A DNA stretch of 64,000 bases from NCBI GenBank assembly GCA_965153455.1, contig OZ234493.1, forward strand, positions 24,480,213-24,544,212, given 5' to 3'. Under the pieces are notes generated by a model. The model saw only the letters and a program-made list of their open reading frames with translations. It did no database searches and was not told the origin of the DNA. The translations under genes were made by a program, and so were the position numbers. Positions 39,147 through 52,069 of the stretch are shown here, one piece after another; the first letter of the stretch is position 1, and the number at the start of each line of letters is the position of its first letter. Source of the stretch: Sphagnum compactum. Its lineage: Eukaryota.

Positions 39147-39479
39147 TCAGCAAGAAGGAGCGATACAGGCTCCTCCGCCGCAATCGACATAGAGGTCACT
39201 CACATAGCCAATTAGGGTATTATCGCTTTGGAATCCAACGTAATCCCACTGATAATCACCGTCGACGTCTACGCCGCTGGTTGTGCAGTTGATGAACACC
39301 GCTGTCCCTCCGGGGATTGTGGCGACGAACTCACAACCGGCGTCAGGACACGCAAAAGCGTTTGCATCGACCGCCACGGAGTCGCAGGTCACGTAATTAG
39401 AAGCCGTCGTGATCATCAGAAGAAGTGATATGCAGGCGAACGGTAAGAGAGTAAGAGGCACTAGTCTGCACACATCCAT
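39147..39479 (-). CDS. Small secreted cysteine-rich protein with an SH3b-like (microbial cell-wall-binding type) module, ~110 aa, intronless
   Basis: Signal-peptide-like MDVCRLVPLTLLPFACISLLLMITTAS (alternative ATG at 39500). The mature part has 7 Cys and the pattern ACPDAGC..VATIPGGTAVFINCTTSGVDVDGDYQWDYV...GYVSDLYV...C-terminal C. The ORF is GC/CpG-rich and uninterrupted. Confidence 0.7.
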   Translation of the reverse strand: MDVCRLVPLTLLPFACISLLLMITTASNYVTCDSVAVDANAFACPDAGCEFVATIPGGTAVFINCTTSGVDVDGDYQWDYVGFQSDNTLIGYVSDLYVDCGGGACIAPSC

Positions 39480-40825
39480 CCATCCATCCAGCCAGGCCAT
39501 AAATCTTTTCAGTCTCCACCTCAAAACACCCAACTTCCAACTCTCCTCAAACACAAAAGAACAACGATCAGGCTGAGCAATAACAACGACGACGACGATG
39601 ACGACGACGACGAGGACGACAGAGCAAGGTGCATCATTAAGAAGATCACTAGGTGTAGAAGAAAGCTAGTGTTTTTTTACAGCATCAGCGTACTTGACTG
39701 TTTTTGTTCTCGCCATGGTGATGTCGTCTCCCCGCTGTGACATACAGAAAGCTGAGTAACCAAAAGTAGGAGGAACAATTGAACTGAAAAATGGAAGGAG
39801 GAGGAAGAAGAGGAGGAAGGAAGACTTAATGGAACAAAATGAAACTGTATAATAAGACATCTCAGCTGGCAGACTGACAAGTCAACACATAAAGGATTGC
39901 AAATAGTGCAGCTCCGCGTTTCATACGTCTTCGTTATGCAATACCATTTGCTCGGTTATTTTGCCAAGTTGATGTTTCTTGTTTGTCAAAGTTCACTTTG
40001 TCAAAATGCTAACTAAAGTCCACATCCACTGTGCCAAGTTGCCTTTGCTATAAGTTGCCAAGTCCACATTGCCATATCCAACTCCACATCGTCAAATGGG
40101 CCAACTCTTTGAGTGCCCACTGTAAGGGCGGCATCTCCAGCTGTGCTTAGCATGTGATCCTGCTCAGTAAAATGGAATGAAGAAATGTCAAAATATGTCG
40201 GTTTGCGTTACGGAAATGGTTTTGGCTCAACATAATTGCACAGTTTGCGGTCACTGGTCAAAGGCTCACCAACGGTGTGCACCTGCAGATCTGACTGGCT
40301 GCTCATAATGGTTGCTCATTGAAGCATCATATAATTGGTCCAGGTGGTTTGCTATTAGTAGTCCGCAACCTATTTGCCGTCCCAGGTTCATTTTTTTTAC
40401 GGGTGGGGTTGCAAAAAAAAAGTAAATAACTAAACTTGGGTCACATACTGAGCACTGCTGGGGATGTTGTAAGGAATATTCGGCGGGGTTTGTCAACTTG
40501 TTTTGATTTTTTTAGAAATTTAGGAGAGTTTTGAAAGCAAAAACTGCACATACGTAGCTCCATAATTGGGCCTCCTCTTTCGTCAGACTATATTTGGCGC
40601 TCTTTTGTGTTTCCAGGCTTTAAATAGGTCTGCTGGTATTTGACAAAGAGTGTTTCTAGGCTTTAAATAGGTCGGCTGGTATTTGATTTTGCCTGCCTGT
40701 TGAGGCACGGTGTCCCCATTAAGGCAACCTTTTCAGAATCCTTTTTAAAAAGAGACCCTGAGTCTAATGTATGTCAGACAACCCCAGTCCCTGGGCCCTG
40801 TTATCCTCTCAAGTTTGCACTTATC

Positions 40826-41260
40826 AAGGTGTGTATTCACACATGATGTTAAGTCAGTGTTAAGTGAAAATCTCATTGGCATCCTAGGTGGCACTGGATG
40901 TCAAATGGGCATGATAGCTTGATGTTAAGTGAATGTTAGCTTGACATAAGATTTTCATGGTAAGATATTTAAAAGGTGTATTCACACATGATGGTAAGTC
41001 AGTGTTAAGTGAAAATCTTGGTGGCATCCTAGGCGGCACTGAATGTCAAATGGGCTTGATAGCTTAATGTTAAGTGACTGTTAGCTTGACATAAAATTTT
41101 CATGGTAAGAGATTTAAAGGTGTATTCACACATGATGGTAAGTCAGTGTTAAGTGAAAATCTAGGTGGCATCCAAGGTGGCACTGAATGTTAAATGGGCT
41201 TGATAGCTTAAAGTTAAGGGAATGTTAGCTTGACATAAAATTTTCATGGTGAGAGATTTA
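40826..41260. repeat. ~145-bp tandem repeat, 3 copies
   Basis: AAGGTGTATTCACACATGATG(G/T)TAAGTCAGTGTTAAGTGAAAATCT... starts at 40826, 40973 and 41117. Confidence 0.95.
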
Positions 41261-42649
41261 GGGTCCTCGGTGACAACAAGCTTGGTGTTAGTAGACTAGA
41301 CAATAGAGTCTTGGTGTGAAGGCACCTCAAAAAGACTAATAGACAAGGTTTACAGTTTGAACTTATTAGATAATAGAGATCTCCAGTAAGTTAATTAAAG
41401 TAGACAGTGGCAGACTGTCCAAATGGGGCTGAGTCCTGACTCCGGACACAAGGGAATTGATTAGGTGCAACTAGTCCCCCACACTCTCGTATCAGGAATG
41501 AATGCAGGAGGACTTTTGGGGGTATTGTCAGGATATTTTCTTTTGTGGCGAATTGTTTTCCACTTGGCTCCAAAACAAAACAAAGGGCCAGAGTGAACCA
41601 GCACCCACCAGTGCACCAGTTTGGCCATTCTGTCCGTAGCTAAACTTTTACGGTCTCGTCTATGTCACCAACCGTTTGGACCCCAATTTACAAATTGAGT
41701 ATTTTTGCATTCAAATAACAACCAAAACTCAGCATTGGCATATTTAGTGTTATTTATTTTGAAACGTAAAAGATGATATGCACGACACAGATATCTTCCA
41801 CCATCACCAATCAATACAAGGATTTTGGGCATCAAAGTCACACATGATTCATGCTTGAATTTTTAATCAATAATCAATGGTTGAAAATCGAAAGATCTTG
41901 TGCATCATATTTCATTCCACTATTTTGCACAAGGTTGGATTCTTGAGGAATTGAACCATACATTTGATGGCATCTTCAAAGAAAGTTCTTAAACTTTTCT
42001 TGGGCATGTGCACATCTCATGATACCCTCACACAGTTTGGATCCAACTTTAGTGTTGTAGTGCTTTCTTTTACCACTTTTGCATAATTATTTTGCATTGG
42101 GCCAACTCATCGCAAGATTAGAGGTCAATCCAAATGCCCTTTCCTATTAGATCCTTCACCACAACTATTAGCACTTAGTTATTCATATGAAATCCTCAAT
42201 GTTCCTGCACTGTACTAGGCATTTCATCAGTAATGCAAACCTTACTTTTACCTACTAGCTAATTGAAACACAAATAGTCCCAAATAATTATCTTGTGACA
42301 TAAAAAATATATGGTCAAACAATGGACCCTTGATTTCCAAAGGGAAAGAGAAAATGAGGACTTATGAAATTTGGGGACATTTAAAATTAAAAATCAATTC
42401 AATTATTTTTTGAATGTATTTGTAATTTGAGTATGTTGTGACATACAATGATTTTGCGCATATATATTCTAACATCACATCATATGAATTTTTAAAAATA
42501 TAATTTTCAGTATTTTGATCAATCATATGCAAACATATTATGAAAAAATATTTTCATAATGACATGCTTGAAATTCAATTATGGATATGCTGAAAAACAA
42601 TACAATATGACAACAATTTTGACCTTTGGCTGTGCTTTCAAACGTTTGT

Positions 42650-43520
42650 GAGAAGTGACTTAGCTTGAGCCTTTGGATCAACGATTCCCAATAGTTCTTT
42701 GCTCACTAGAAGAGCAAGGGAATCCCACCAGACTTTTGCCCTTGACTTTTCCAACAGTTTGGCATCACCTCATGGAACTGATGGCACATCCTTGGGTCAG
42801 GGTTCCAACATGTAGAGATATACCACAAGGAGGCTAGCATCACTTGATTGGCCACCAAAATTTGGCCAGCCAAAGAAAGCTTGCAATTGTAATGTGCAAT
42901 AAGTTTTGATTTGAGAGATAACATAAGCCTATCAAGATTAGCGTCAACGGCCAAGCACTTTGCAACCTGATCCCAGCATTAGGGTGGTCAGCAGCCCAAA
43001 TAATGACTAATTTTCTCTGGTTAATCCTAGCTCAAGAGGTTTTGCAAAATAAAGATAGGACATATTTTACCCGATCTAAGTTCTCAGCTGAGCACTAATA
43101 AATAAATTGCAATATCATCTGCAAAGGACTGATCATGAAAAATTCCACCACTTGGAGACATTACTTTCAAGAACATATCCAAACATTAGTGGCGAAAATG
43201 AATATGTAGGGGCAACCTTGCTTCACTACACAGATAGTTGAAAAAGGGGTCTAGGTTATCCCCTTGAACTTAATGGCCCAAAGTAGCAACATCATAGAAG
43301 AGGATAACCATTTTATCCAAGGTTAGTTGAAGCTCAACTTCTCCAAGGCTTGAAATAATAATCCCCATTCAATCTGGTCAAAAGCCTTCTTAAAGTTCAA
43401 AAGCAAAACAAGTAGCTCTTGATTACTTTCCATGACCCACTCCATAGCTTCTTGTGCCAAGAAGTTTTTGTCCAAAATTCATCTTCTTGCTAGAAAACTT
43501 GTTTGGTTCAGATAAATAGT
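42650..43520 (-). mobile_element. Old degenerate LINE reverse-transcriptase remnant
   Basis: Fragments AQEAMEWVMESNQELLVLLLNFKKAFDQIEWG, FADD and LSLAGQILVANQVMLASLWY are typical of the L1-type RT domain; many stops and frameshifts. Confidence 0.8.
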
Positions 43521-43663
43521 TTTCAGCATCCTCCATCTTAAGTCGGGCAATAGCAATAGGTTTAGCTACTTTTCGACTTTCACCCTTTCAAGACACACCC
43601 CATAACCACGTCCCCCCTATTACAGGCGGTCAGTTGTCCACATGGAGAGATTTCGACATTTAG

Positions 43664-45113
43664 TTTGAGTTAACTTGACATCCTGTAAATTTTCCCTTTT
43701 CTTTTTCCTTATTCCTATGTACATTTTTCAAATTTACAGTGTGTTTATAAATAAAGTTTTGCAGATTTTGCTGAATTCTCCTTGCCAGTAATTTAGCAAG
43801 AATTTTATAAATGCTACCAGGAAATGTGATGGGTCTTCAATTCCCAATTCATGAGTGGTCACCAGATTTGAGAATGAGTGTAATTAGCCATCTCTTCTAA
43901 AACTCTGCCACCAGGAAATGCCCTTGGGCATGATGGGCTACCCATTGAATTCTTCAAAGAAATTCTTAAAGGAAACCTTTAGAGAAGAAACCCCCAGAAG
44001 GGGAGGGAGGCAGCAGCCCCATCAAACATTAAAGAAATCCAAGAAATACAAGGGGGGCAAGAAGCACCACACGATGGTGACGCAATCAACCCCAAAGATG
44101 CCTAAGTGGTACCATTCCACCCTAAAGGCTTGCTCAATCCTATCTTGAATACTAGGGTCCCGGGTGGACCAAAGGGAATTAATGGCCTTCCAAGTGGCCA
44201 TTCCAACCTCAACGGTAGCAACCCAGGCTTGTTGAAGGATTTTCCTAGAGGAATACTGGTTATCAAAATGCTTCCGGCATCGCTCTGTCCAAAGAAAGTA
44301 GAGGATAAAACTGCGAAGGATGTCAAGCGGTTGTCTGATGTAGGAGAAGCCTCCAACATGGTACCCTTGGACTCCAGGGGGGTCATCTTCTCTCTCGAAG
44401 ACAGCTTCACCAAGCATGACGAAAGGCCAGGAAAGAATGATGTCATTTGGCGCTCCCCATTTTTGCCTAAAGGAAACCTTTAGGGGCTATCAAATAATGA
44501 GTTAAAGGACCATTTTGAGGAGTGCTACAAAACATGAGCTTTTTGATCTAAGATTTAGAATTCTTGAAGATTCGCCACCAAAAATAAAACTTGAACTTGG
44601 GAGGCGCCTAATCTAATTAATAGGAGAGTTGACCAGGATGTTGCTGAAAAGCTCTCAACTTTTGTTTCCTTAGGCCCACTTTAGAGGAGGGTTCAGGGTC
44701 CAATTTCCTAGGAACCAATTTGGACTCATTTGAAGCAAATTGAATTCTTGAGTTGGACTATACCTTGGTCCCTAGCTTGATTCTTGGTTCTCCAAATCAG
44801 GAGCTCTCCTTTTAGCACTTTTTTTTGGTTTTTCCCTCGAAAACAGGTGCCATTTAGGTTTAGCCTCAATTTGCCACTTTTTGGTCTTGAACCCTCATCG
44901 GAAGGCCTTGTTACCAATAAAATTGCTTGAATTCATTGGTCCCTGGACCTTCATCTAAAGTCAACCTTGGCCACCCTAGTCCAGGAAATTTTAGCACTTG
45001 GTGAGTTGATATCATCAAACACCTGTAAATCTTTACTGAGAAACACATTGTAAATTAGGGAAATGTAAAATAAAGGAAAAGGGAGAAGTGACAGGATGAC
45101 AAGTTGGCTCAAA
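43664..45113. repeat. Pair of ~95-100 bp diverged inverted repeats (43664-43765 and 45022-45113)
   Basis: TTTGAGTTAACTTGACATCCTGTAAATTTTCCCTTTTC...AATTTACAGTGTGTTT matches the reverse complement TTTGAGCCAACTTGTCATCCTGTCACTTCTCCCTTTTC...AATTTACAATGTGTTT. Confidence 0.7.
43983..44467 (-). mobile_element. Young 5'-truncated LINE (ORF2 C-terminus plus 39-nt 3'UTR) with a 16-bp target-site duplication
   Basis: Uninterrupted ORF2 C-terminal peptide (DILRSFILYFLWTERCRKHFD). TAAAGGAAACCTTTAG is repeated exactly at 43967-43982 and 44468-44483. Confidence 0.85.
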
Positions 45114-47675
45114 GTGGCTATTCAAGTTTCTGCATGTCCATACAAAGTGGCTATTCAAGTCTCTGCATATCCATACAGAGACATGTCCTGAGTCCGGACT
45201 CAGCAAAGTGTCTGTTGCTTGGAAACAACACAGGGATAATAGCAGGGATAATAGAAGGGGCTTGGTGTCTTCGTATCAACAATTGTGGGCTTGATTGTGA
45301 ATTCAGTCTATGTGGGATTTCGTGGAGTTTTTCCGAGGCTTGATAGTGTTTCAGTGGGCCTATTGGGCATTTTTCCTGGAGTCTTTCCTGGGCTTTTGAT
45401 AATGGTGTGTTTAAGCAGATAAAGGGATTTCCCTGCAGATTAATAACAGCTCCCCAGAATCAGTGTTTTGTTTTTTAATTTTGTGATGTTGCTGAAGAAT
45501 TTTTAAAATATTTGAAATTTGGCCACTAGAAAGAAGCCCAAAAGACCCTTTCATTTGCCATTTTGACAAAAAATCAACAAACAGTGAAAATTTGTCATTA
45601 TTCAAAACGCTGCCCAGAATGTCACCAGCAGGGGATTTTGATTTTTAGTTTGTTTTTTTTATTTAGCTGTATTTTTTTCATTTTTCTGATGGGGAGTGAA
45701 TGGTGATCATCCATAACAAGGACTGACTATTTTTAAAATAAAATTTATAAAATTCAGGTATACTTCTATATTTCCGACTACCTATATATACTTCTATATT
45801 GGCCTATTTTTCAAAAAAACTCAGAAACCTCTAAATCATCGTTTTTAAAAAATCAGCTTTTTGGAAAAGAAAATCTCCAGTATCCTAAAATTCGTGAAAA
45901 GGGGAAAAAAAAACACTAGAACTTACTAGTGGATTCACAGCCTGGAATTTCCAGGGATTCGGTGGAATCAGCCTCTTTGGGGCTTTCCGGGATTAAGCAG
46001 CCTAACGGAATTTCTTGGACGGTTATTGCTATAAAACGTTTTGTTTTGTTGTGGAAGAGAAGCAAGGCAGGCTGCTGCTTCCACGAAGGTCACCAAAGCT
46101 GAAGTAGCACTCCATGATAATTACGCCGAAAAAAAGTATCATCAAAGTGTCTAGTACTCGTAAGCACAGGTGCTGTGCAATGGTTTTTCTCTTTGTTTTT
46201 TTCAATTTCACAACGTATCTAAAGTGGCGACCATTCGTATGAAGATTTCGCCAAATTTGTTTATAAAGGAGAAATGATAGTATTTAAAAAAAAAACCTTC
46301 TAAACTTTTGGCTAATTAGATGAAAAACATGTGTGTCAAAGCTGATTATTTTTCTTCAATCTTGGTTCGAGATCTGGTGATTGAAAACCCCGAAATTCAC
46401 TTCATTTTCGACTTTTTAATTTCATTTAAATCTCGCCAGTTATATTTTGGCATAATTTTGATATAAAAATTTAAGGCCATGTATTATCGTCAGGGTTTTT
46501 TTTTTCAAATTCCTTAGTGAGGTCCACTGGCCAGCATTAGTTCGCATTAAATGGCGACAGTCCTAAGTCGGTTGTAGCATTTTTAAAAAAGTGCTGCTAC
46601 AAGTGGCGACCCTAGGAAGGAAGTGCCTAGGTCTAGATGTGGCTAATTTGTTTATTTTAATTTCGAAAAATGGCGGAAAAAAAATCCTTAACATCGCAAT
46701 TTTTTCATTTTCTGAATAAAAGTTCGCCAAAAACAAAAACCATTGATTACTATAAGCCTGAAGGAAGAAGCGTCTGCTGCGCGGGAGCTCGTGAGGGCGG
46801 TTGAGAAGCCATCCCGCACCCGCGTGCACGCGGACACATTGTCCCACTCTTCGACTTGACGTCCTTGCTATATTTAGCTATTGTCCGTAGCTACTGTCCG
46901 TCCGGATTCAAGAGAAGCTACTTTGTTCCTTTACTATATGTAATATATAGGATATCGAACTCGATCAAATGTGCGTAAATAGTTGAGCGGAGCAACTCGT
47001 AGCTAATTTTAATTTCACTCGTGAAGAAAAAGGGGTGGAACTTCCGTGATCGTGAGATTACGCCGTCTTGCTTGCTTGTTGCTGACAAGTGACGCAATCC
47101 AAAAGAAGAGAAACGGAAACTATTCGTTTTGATAATTTTATCCTCATCGCTCGAGTTCAAATATAGTAGCCGGTGCAATGTCGCGTGCCCAGGGTGTCTG
47201 CCCACACTATTTCATCGCGGGTTCCTTGGGTTCACACGTTCTCCCACTCGGAACCTCGACGTGTCTAGAACCTGCGAAGAACATGGCTTGATGGATACAT
47301 ATAGGATCCATTAGATTTCTCGTCAAGTAAGTTTGTGTGCTCGCGGATTTTTGTTGAATGTTTGTGGAAAACGTCAGATTTGGAACGGAGTCTTCAGCTT
47401 CCTGCTCAAGAAAAGCACTAGTTTTACGCACTCCAAGTTGTTGTACAGAATTTTTTTTTGGGAGATTTCAGTGACCTTGTAGATAGAACATAAAACTTTG
47501 TGAAGGTTTGGGAGTTTGGGAGTTAAGGAATTGGTTTGGAAGAGCCTCGTAGAGAGATAGGAAAATTTGGAAAAGTTTGAGTGTGTCGAGAATTTGGGAT
47601 TTTTGTGGGACGATAAGAGAGGAGCTTAAATTTTGCACAAGAGGAGGAGTTGGAGGAGAGTGTGCAACGATTAAC

Positions 47676-48723
47676 ATGGAACAAAGGGCGATAGAATTGA
47701 CGATCATCTCCGCACAGGACTTGAAAAATGTGAAGTCTTTTAGAGGGAAGATGAGCCCGTACGCAGTGGCATGGGTTTACCCCAACATGAAGGTGCCGAC
47801 GCCCATGGCCCCTAGCGGAGGTGAAAACCCGACTTGGAACGCCAAACTCAAGCTCGTCTGCGAAGAGAGGCTTGTGGAGCAAGGGAATTTGGTGATCACC
47901 ATCGACGTTTACAACCACAGCTCCTTCTCCAACAAAAGCATCGGCAGTGCCAGCTTGCCGCTGCCCCAAAACATGACCGGGGACGGCAAATCTCAGGGTT
48001 CCAAAAACGGGACGCAATCCCAAGTCATTTCACTGCCGGTATGAATTTTTTCCCCGTCTGCTACAATTGACGCTTGCTTGCTTAATTCTTTTCCCTTTAG
48101 ATAGATAATACTGTTGCATCCTGCAATTCTTGCTAGCTAAGAAGCTGCGGCTAATTCGAATTCCTCGAAGATGCATGCATGTGTGACACAATATTCATGT
48201 AAGAGGTTTGAAATTGGGGATTGGATGTATACAGGTGCGGAGACCATCAGGACGTGTGCAAGGGACTTTGAACGTGGCAGTGAAGCTAGGTGAATTAATA
48301 ACGAATATGCCAGCAGCATGGGGATCATCAAACGTAGCAACCGATTACAACGCCACTGGAAGGGGAAAGAATGAGCCAGTGACAGCATATCCAGCTGCAG
48401 GCTACCCAGGAGGTTTTAACCCGCAAGGCGCTGGAGGCAGCAGCAACCAGCAATATGCAGCAGCATACCCACAATATCCTCCACAGTATGCATCACAACA
48501 GGTTCCTTACTATCCACCAGCTGGAGCAGGAGGTGGGTCCTATATGCAGCCACCACCACCTCCTAGGCGCAATGGGTTTGGTGGTGGGGGATTTGGAACT
48601 GGATTGCTGGGTGGTGCTCTAGGAGGTCTTCTTCTTGGGGATGTACTTGGTGGCGGCTTTGGTGGAGGTGGTTGTGGTGGTGGTGGAGGTGGGTGCGGTG
48701 GTGGTGGATGTGGTGGTGGTTAA
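47676..48723 (+). CDS. SRC2-like C2-domain protein with Pro/Tyr- and Gly-rich C-terminus; exons 47676-48038 and 48235-48723 (283 aa)
   Basis: C2_SRC2-like motifs IELTIISAQDLKNV...MSPYAVAW...GGENPTWN and VRRPSGRVQGTLNVAVK, followed by EPVTAYP and GLLGGALGGLLLGD. Canonical phase-0 GT-AG intron. Confidence 0.9.
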
Positions 48724-48881
48724 AACAGAGTACATTAGGTTAGAACTGGACTCTGACCCAGACTGCTACCCTAATAGCAATCTGATTAAGGTTGAGAAAT
48801 TAGAATTACGTAGCAGAAGAAGTGGACCGTAGTGGTGGTTTACACTGGTAAATTAGCTTTAGCAGCGGATAGCTTGCCAAG

Positions 48882-48969
48882 AGAAATTTGAAGCTCAAGG
48901 GAATAGGATTGTAAAGCATGAGTGTAGAAATTTGAAGCTCAAGGGAATAGGATTGTAAAGCATGAGTGT
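48882..48969. repeat. 44-bp tandem duplication in the 3' region of the C2 gene
   Basis: AGAAATTTGAAGCTCAAGGGAATAGGATTGTAAAGCATGAGTGT occurs twice in tandem. Confidence 0.95.
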
Positions 48970-51900
48970 TATGTAACTATGTGTTGTTGCATCAATGGTT
49001 TTCCTCTGTCACTGGAAGACATAGACACTTGATAGTGATGTGATTGGTACATAAGTAGGTCATGGCAGCTTTGAACTTACAATTGTCCTTTGCCTCTTTC
49101 AGATACTGATAGAAACAGGTAGTGAAATTATTCAGGACATGACTACTGGAACTTATGCCTTCACAAGTGTAGCTAAATTAGGGTTAATATCTTGCTGGTT
49201 GAACTCTGACATGTTCTCTGATCAATTTAAAGTCATTTTACGGCGGGGAGTATTTTTCTTGTGAAATTTGTATCCAATTTTCATTTTATTTTTTTCTGTG
49301 GGGGTTCTTGTGAGGTACTCAGTATTTAGGAGATGGATATGAAGGCACAGGAAACACCTTAACTGAATGAATATTATCCATTTCTTGGATATTGTACTTT
49401 TTATTTCTTGAGTGTTCTTTAAGGTGTTTTGACCTATGTTGGTGAAGAGAAGCTGGAAAAGGACTGGAATACCTCATGATGATGATTCTGGAGCATATGA
49501 TCCTACAGAATCTGCTACAGTGCATGAGATGTGAATTCATGTTGATATATATATTGAATGATTGGAGGGATAATAAAAACTGCCCTAAATTTTTGGTGCC
49601 AGAACTCATTCTGTGCTTTTGGTTCCACCTCTTCCTCTTTCTTTTGAATGTTTTGGGTGCTCACTCTTTGTCAGCATACAAATCCATCTTCTCACTCGTA
49701 AATCATCCTGCACCTAATGGCCTGCTGAAAGGACCTGCAAGTTAGCCTACTACTCCTGTTACCAACACTGATCGATTTCCTGCACTCTTCCTCCACATGG
49801 TGAATGTAGACACAGGAGACAGTAGAAACAAAGAAAAAATCAAGCGCACATTATACAACAATGCTTTGAAGGAAAACATGCTGTTGCTTATATGAATACT
49901 TCACCAATGATCTCAGCCACAAAACCCATTCTAGTTTGTAAGCAAAGATTGAAGTAGTGTGTCGAACAGACCAGAAATTTTAAGCTTAATTCCATTGTAA
50001 TTAAGAACACAAATTTATAGGTCTGAAAGCAATGAAGAGAATGGTCTTCAACCTTGAATGTAATAGTATGTAATATCTGAAGCCAACATTCCAGACAATA
50101 GAATCCTGCATTCCATGCCTCAGCTCCATTCCCCATTCAGACATGAGCCAAACATTGTCAGCAGAGCCCATATTGAGTGCTAGACAGTGGGCTGCATAAT
50201 GCTTGATTCTGGCACCAAAACATGCCATGGGTTGTGCCCACCTTGCAAAATCCAGCATATGCCTTTGGTGTTAAAGGCAGGGGTAATATTGCAGTTTTGG
50301 AGAATTGGCCACTCAGGCAAATTCGGACTTGGCACAATTATAGAATCTCAAAACTTGGCCGTCTTGCCCAACTTCAACATATGTGGTGAAAGCATGCATT
50401 AGTAGATGAAGCAATTATCCGAAGTGTTGGTTTCTATGCATTGTTGATAGGGTTTTGCACAATGAGAAGGATGGATTTGATTCTTTTGCATCATTGCCAA
50501 TGTATGAAACAATTTGTCACAAGCAGTCAAATTGTGTATAGGCAAAGACCTCTTGTAGAGGAGCTCCCCTAACTTGAGGGTCAAGGCCTGGGGGATGTAG
50601 CCCCAAGGTACAGGCTTAAACTGGTATGGTAAAAGGCACTAACACGCAAATGGCAAAAAGTCTTTTGTGTAGGGTAATTGTTGCAAACTTAGCCTTGGGT
50701 TCACAACCAGGCTAGGGAAAGACAAGGGACACATGTCAAAAAGGAGTTAGACAGCACAGAAATCGAGATGTAAACAGTCTTGCTTTCTTCTTGTTGCAGT
50801 CCAGAGCAGCTTCAGGAAGTTTCAGAATGTTTGACAAGTCAACAGCATTTGTCTTCACTTGAAGCTCATTGAAATTCATCATCTCTTCAACTTATGTAGG
50901 GAAGGGCATGAAATAGAGAGAGAGTATTTTGCATTAGCTACTCCTACAGAGTTGACGATAGACATTTAGGAACATAAAAAGATAGGATGACAATCAACTC
51001 ATCTTGGTGCAATATTGCTTTATACATCTGAAGCTCCTTCACACATTTTTATGCAGCAATTTCAACCTTAGACATTTGAGTAGTACTTGAGTTACAACCT
51101 TTAACATCACCAAGATGATGGGGGGAGTTCATTTGTTGCAATAGTTTCAGAAAAAATAATTGTGGCTGAGGTTAGTAATCACTTGGTTATATTTCTTCTT
51201 GGAGGTTCTGTTGCTTCTTTACTTGTCATCCTCCTGCATCAAAATCCAAACCTGACACTTTCTTGAGTTACAATGGAGACAAAAATTAGTAAACCAAAGC
51301 CGTGGTGGAGAGAGGGAAGCAGAAAAGAAAAATTACTGCTGGTCTTTACGTAGGGGAAGGGTCTGAAAATAGACCCTTCTGGATTTGAGATCCCAGCCCG
51401 AGGCCTATACAAAACTACTTTCTCATCCATTATCTCCATTCAATTCCTTGCTTTGTAACTTCTTCTTTTGCAGAGAGCATCAGCAATGTCCACATTGTCA
51501 TTATTGTCAGCAGCAATACCAATGCAGAACTGTTCTTATTTCGGTTTTGAAGGAAATAGTTCAGCACATTCTTTTATGGTTTAGTTTCAAGCAGTCGCAG
51601 TTTCAATAGTACAGTTGGTTTCAATAGCAGGCAGCGGGATCAATAAGTATGTTTAAGTGCTTATCCCTTTTATCACTCCCAATTTGGCACATCAAGATTT
51701 TTGGAGTGCTCATGAGAGAAGAAGCCACACACAAGTTTGTATTCTATTCTATTCTTCTTTGATCCTGATGCAAATTGTGATTTGTAGTCTGTAACAGGTT
51801 CGGAGCACATTTGTTGATTCAATTTGAAGAATGAATGATTATCTTGTGCAAGCAGTAACACTACTGGTAACAGAAACTTCTTTTGGTAAATTGTTTGTAA

Positions 51901-52069
51901 GCTAAGGATTGTTGTTTGTATGTGCAATGTAAGAGGAACTAAACGATTGCATAATTTCAGATGTTTGTAATATCAAAGAAGCCAGGAGAATCAATGAATT
52001 GTGGATGAAGAGGAGTTTGAAGCTTGCTTCAAGAAAGATCTATCACTCCTGTATTCTCCAGTAGAGCTT

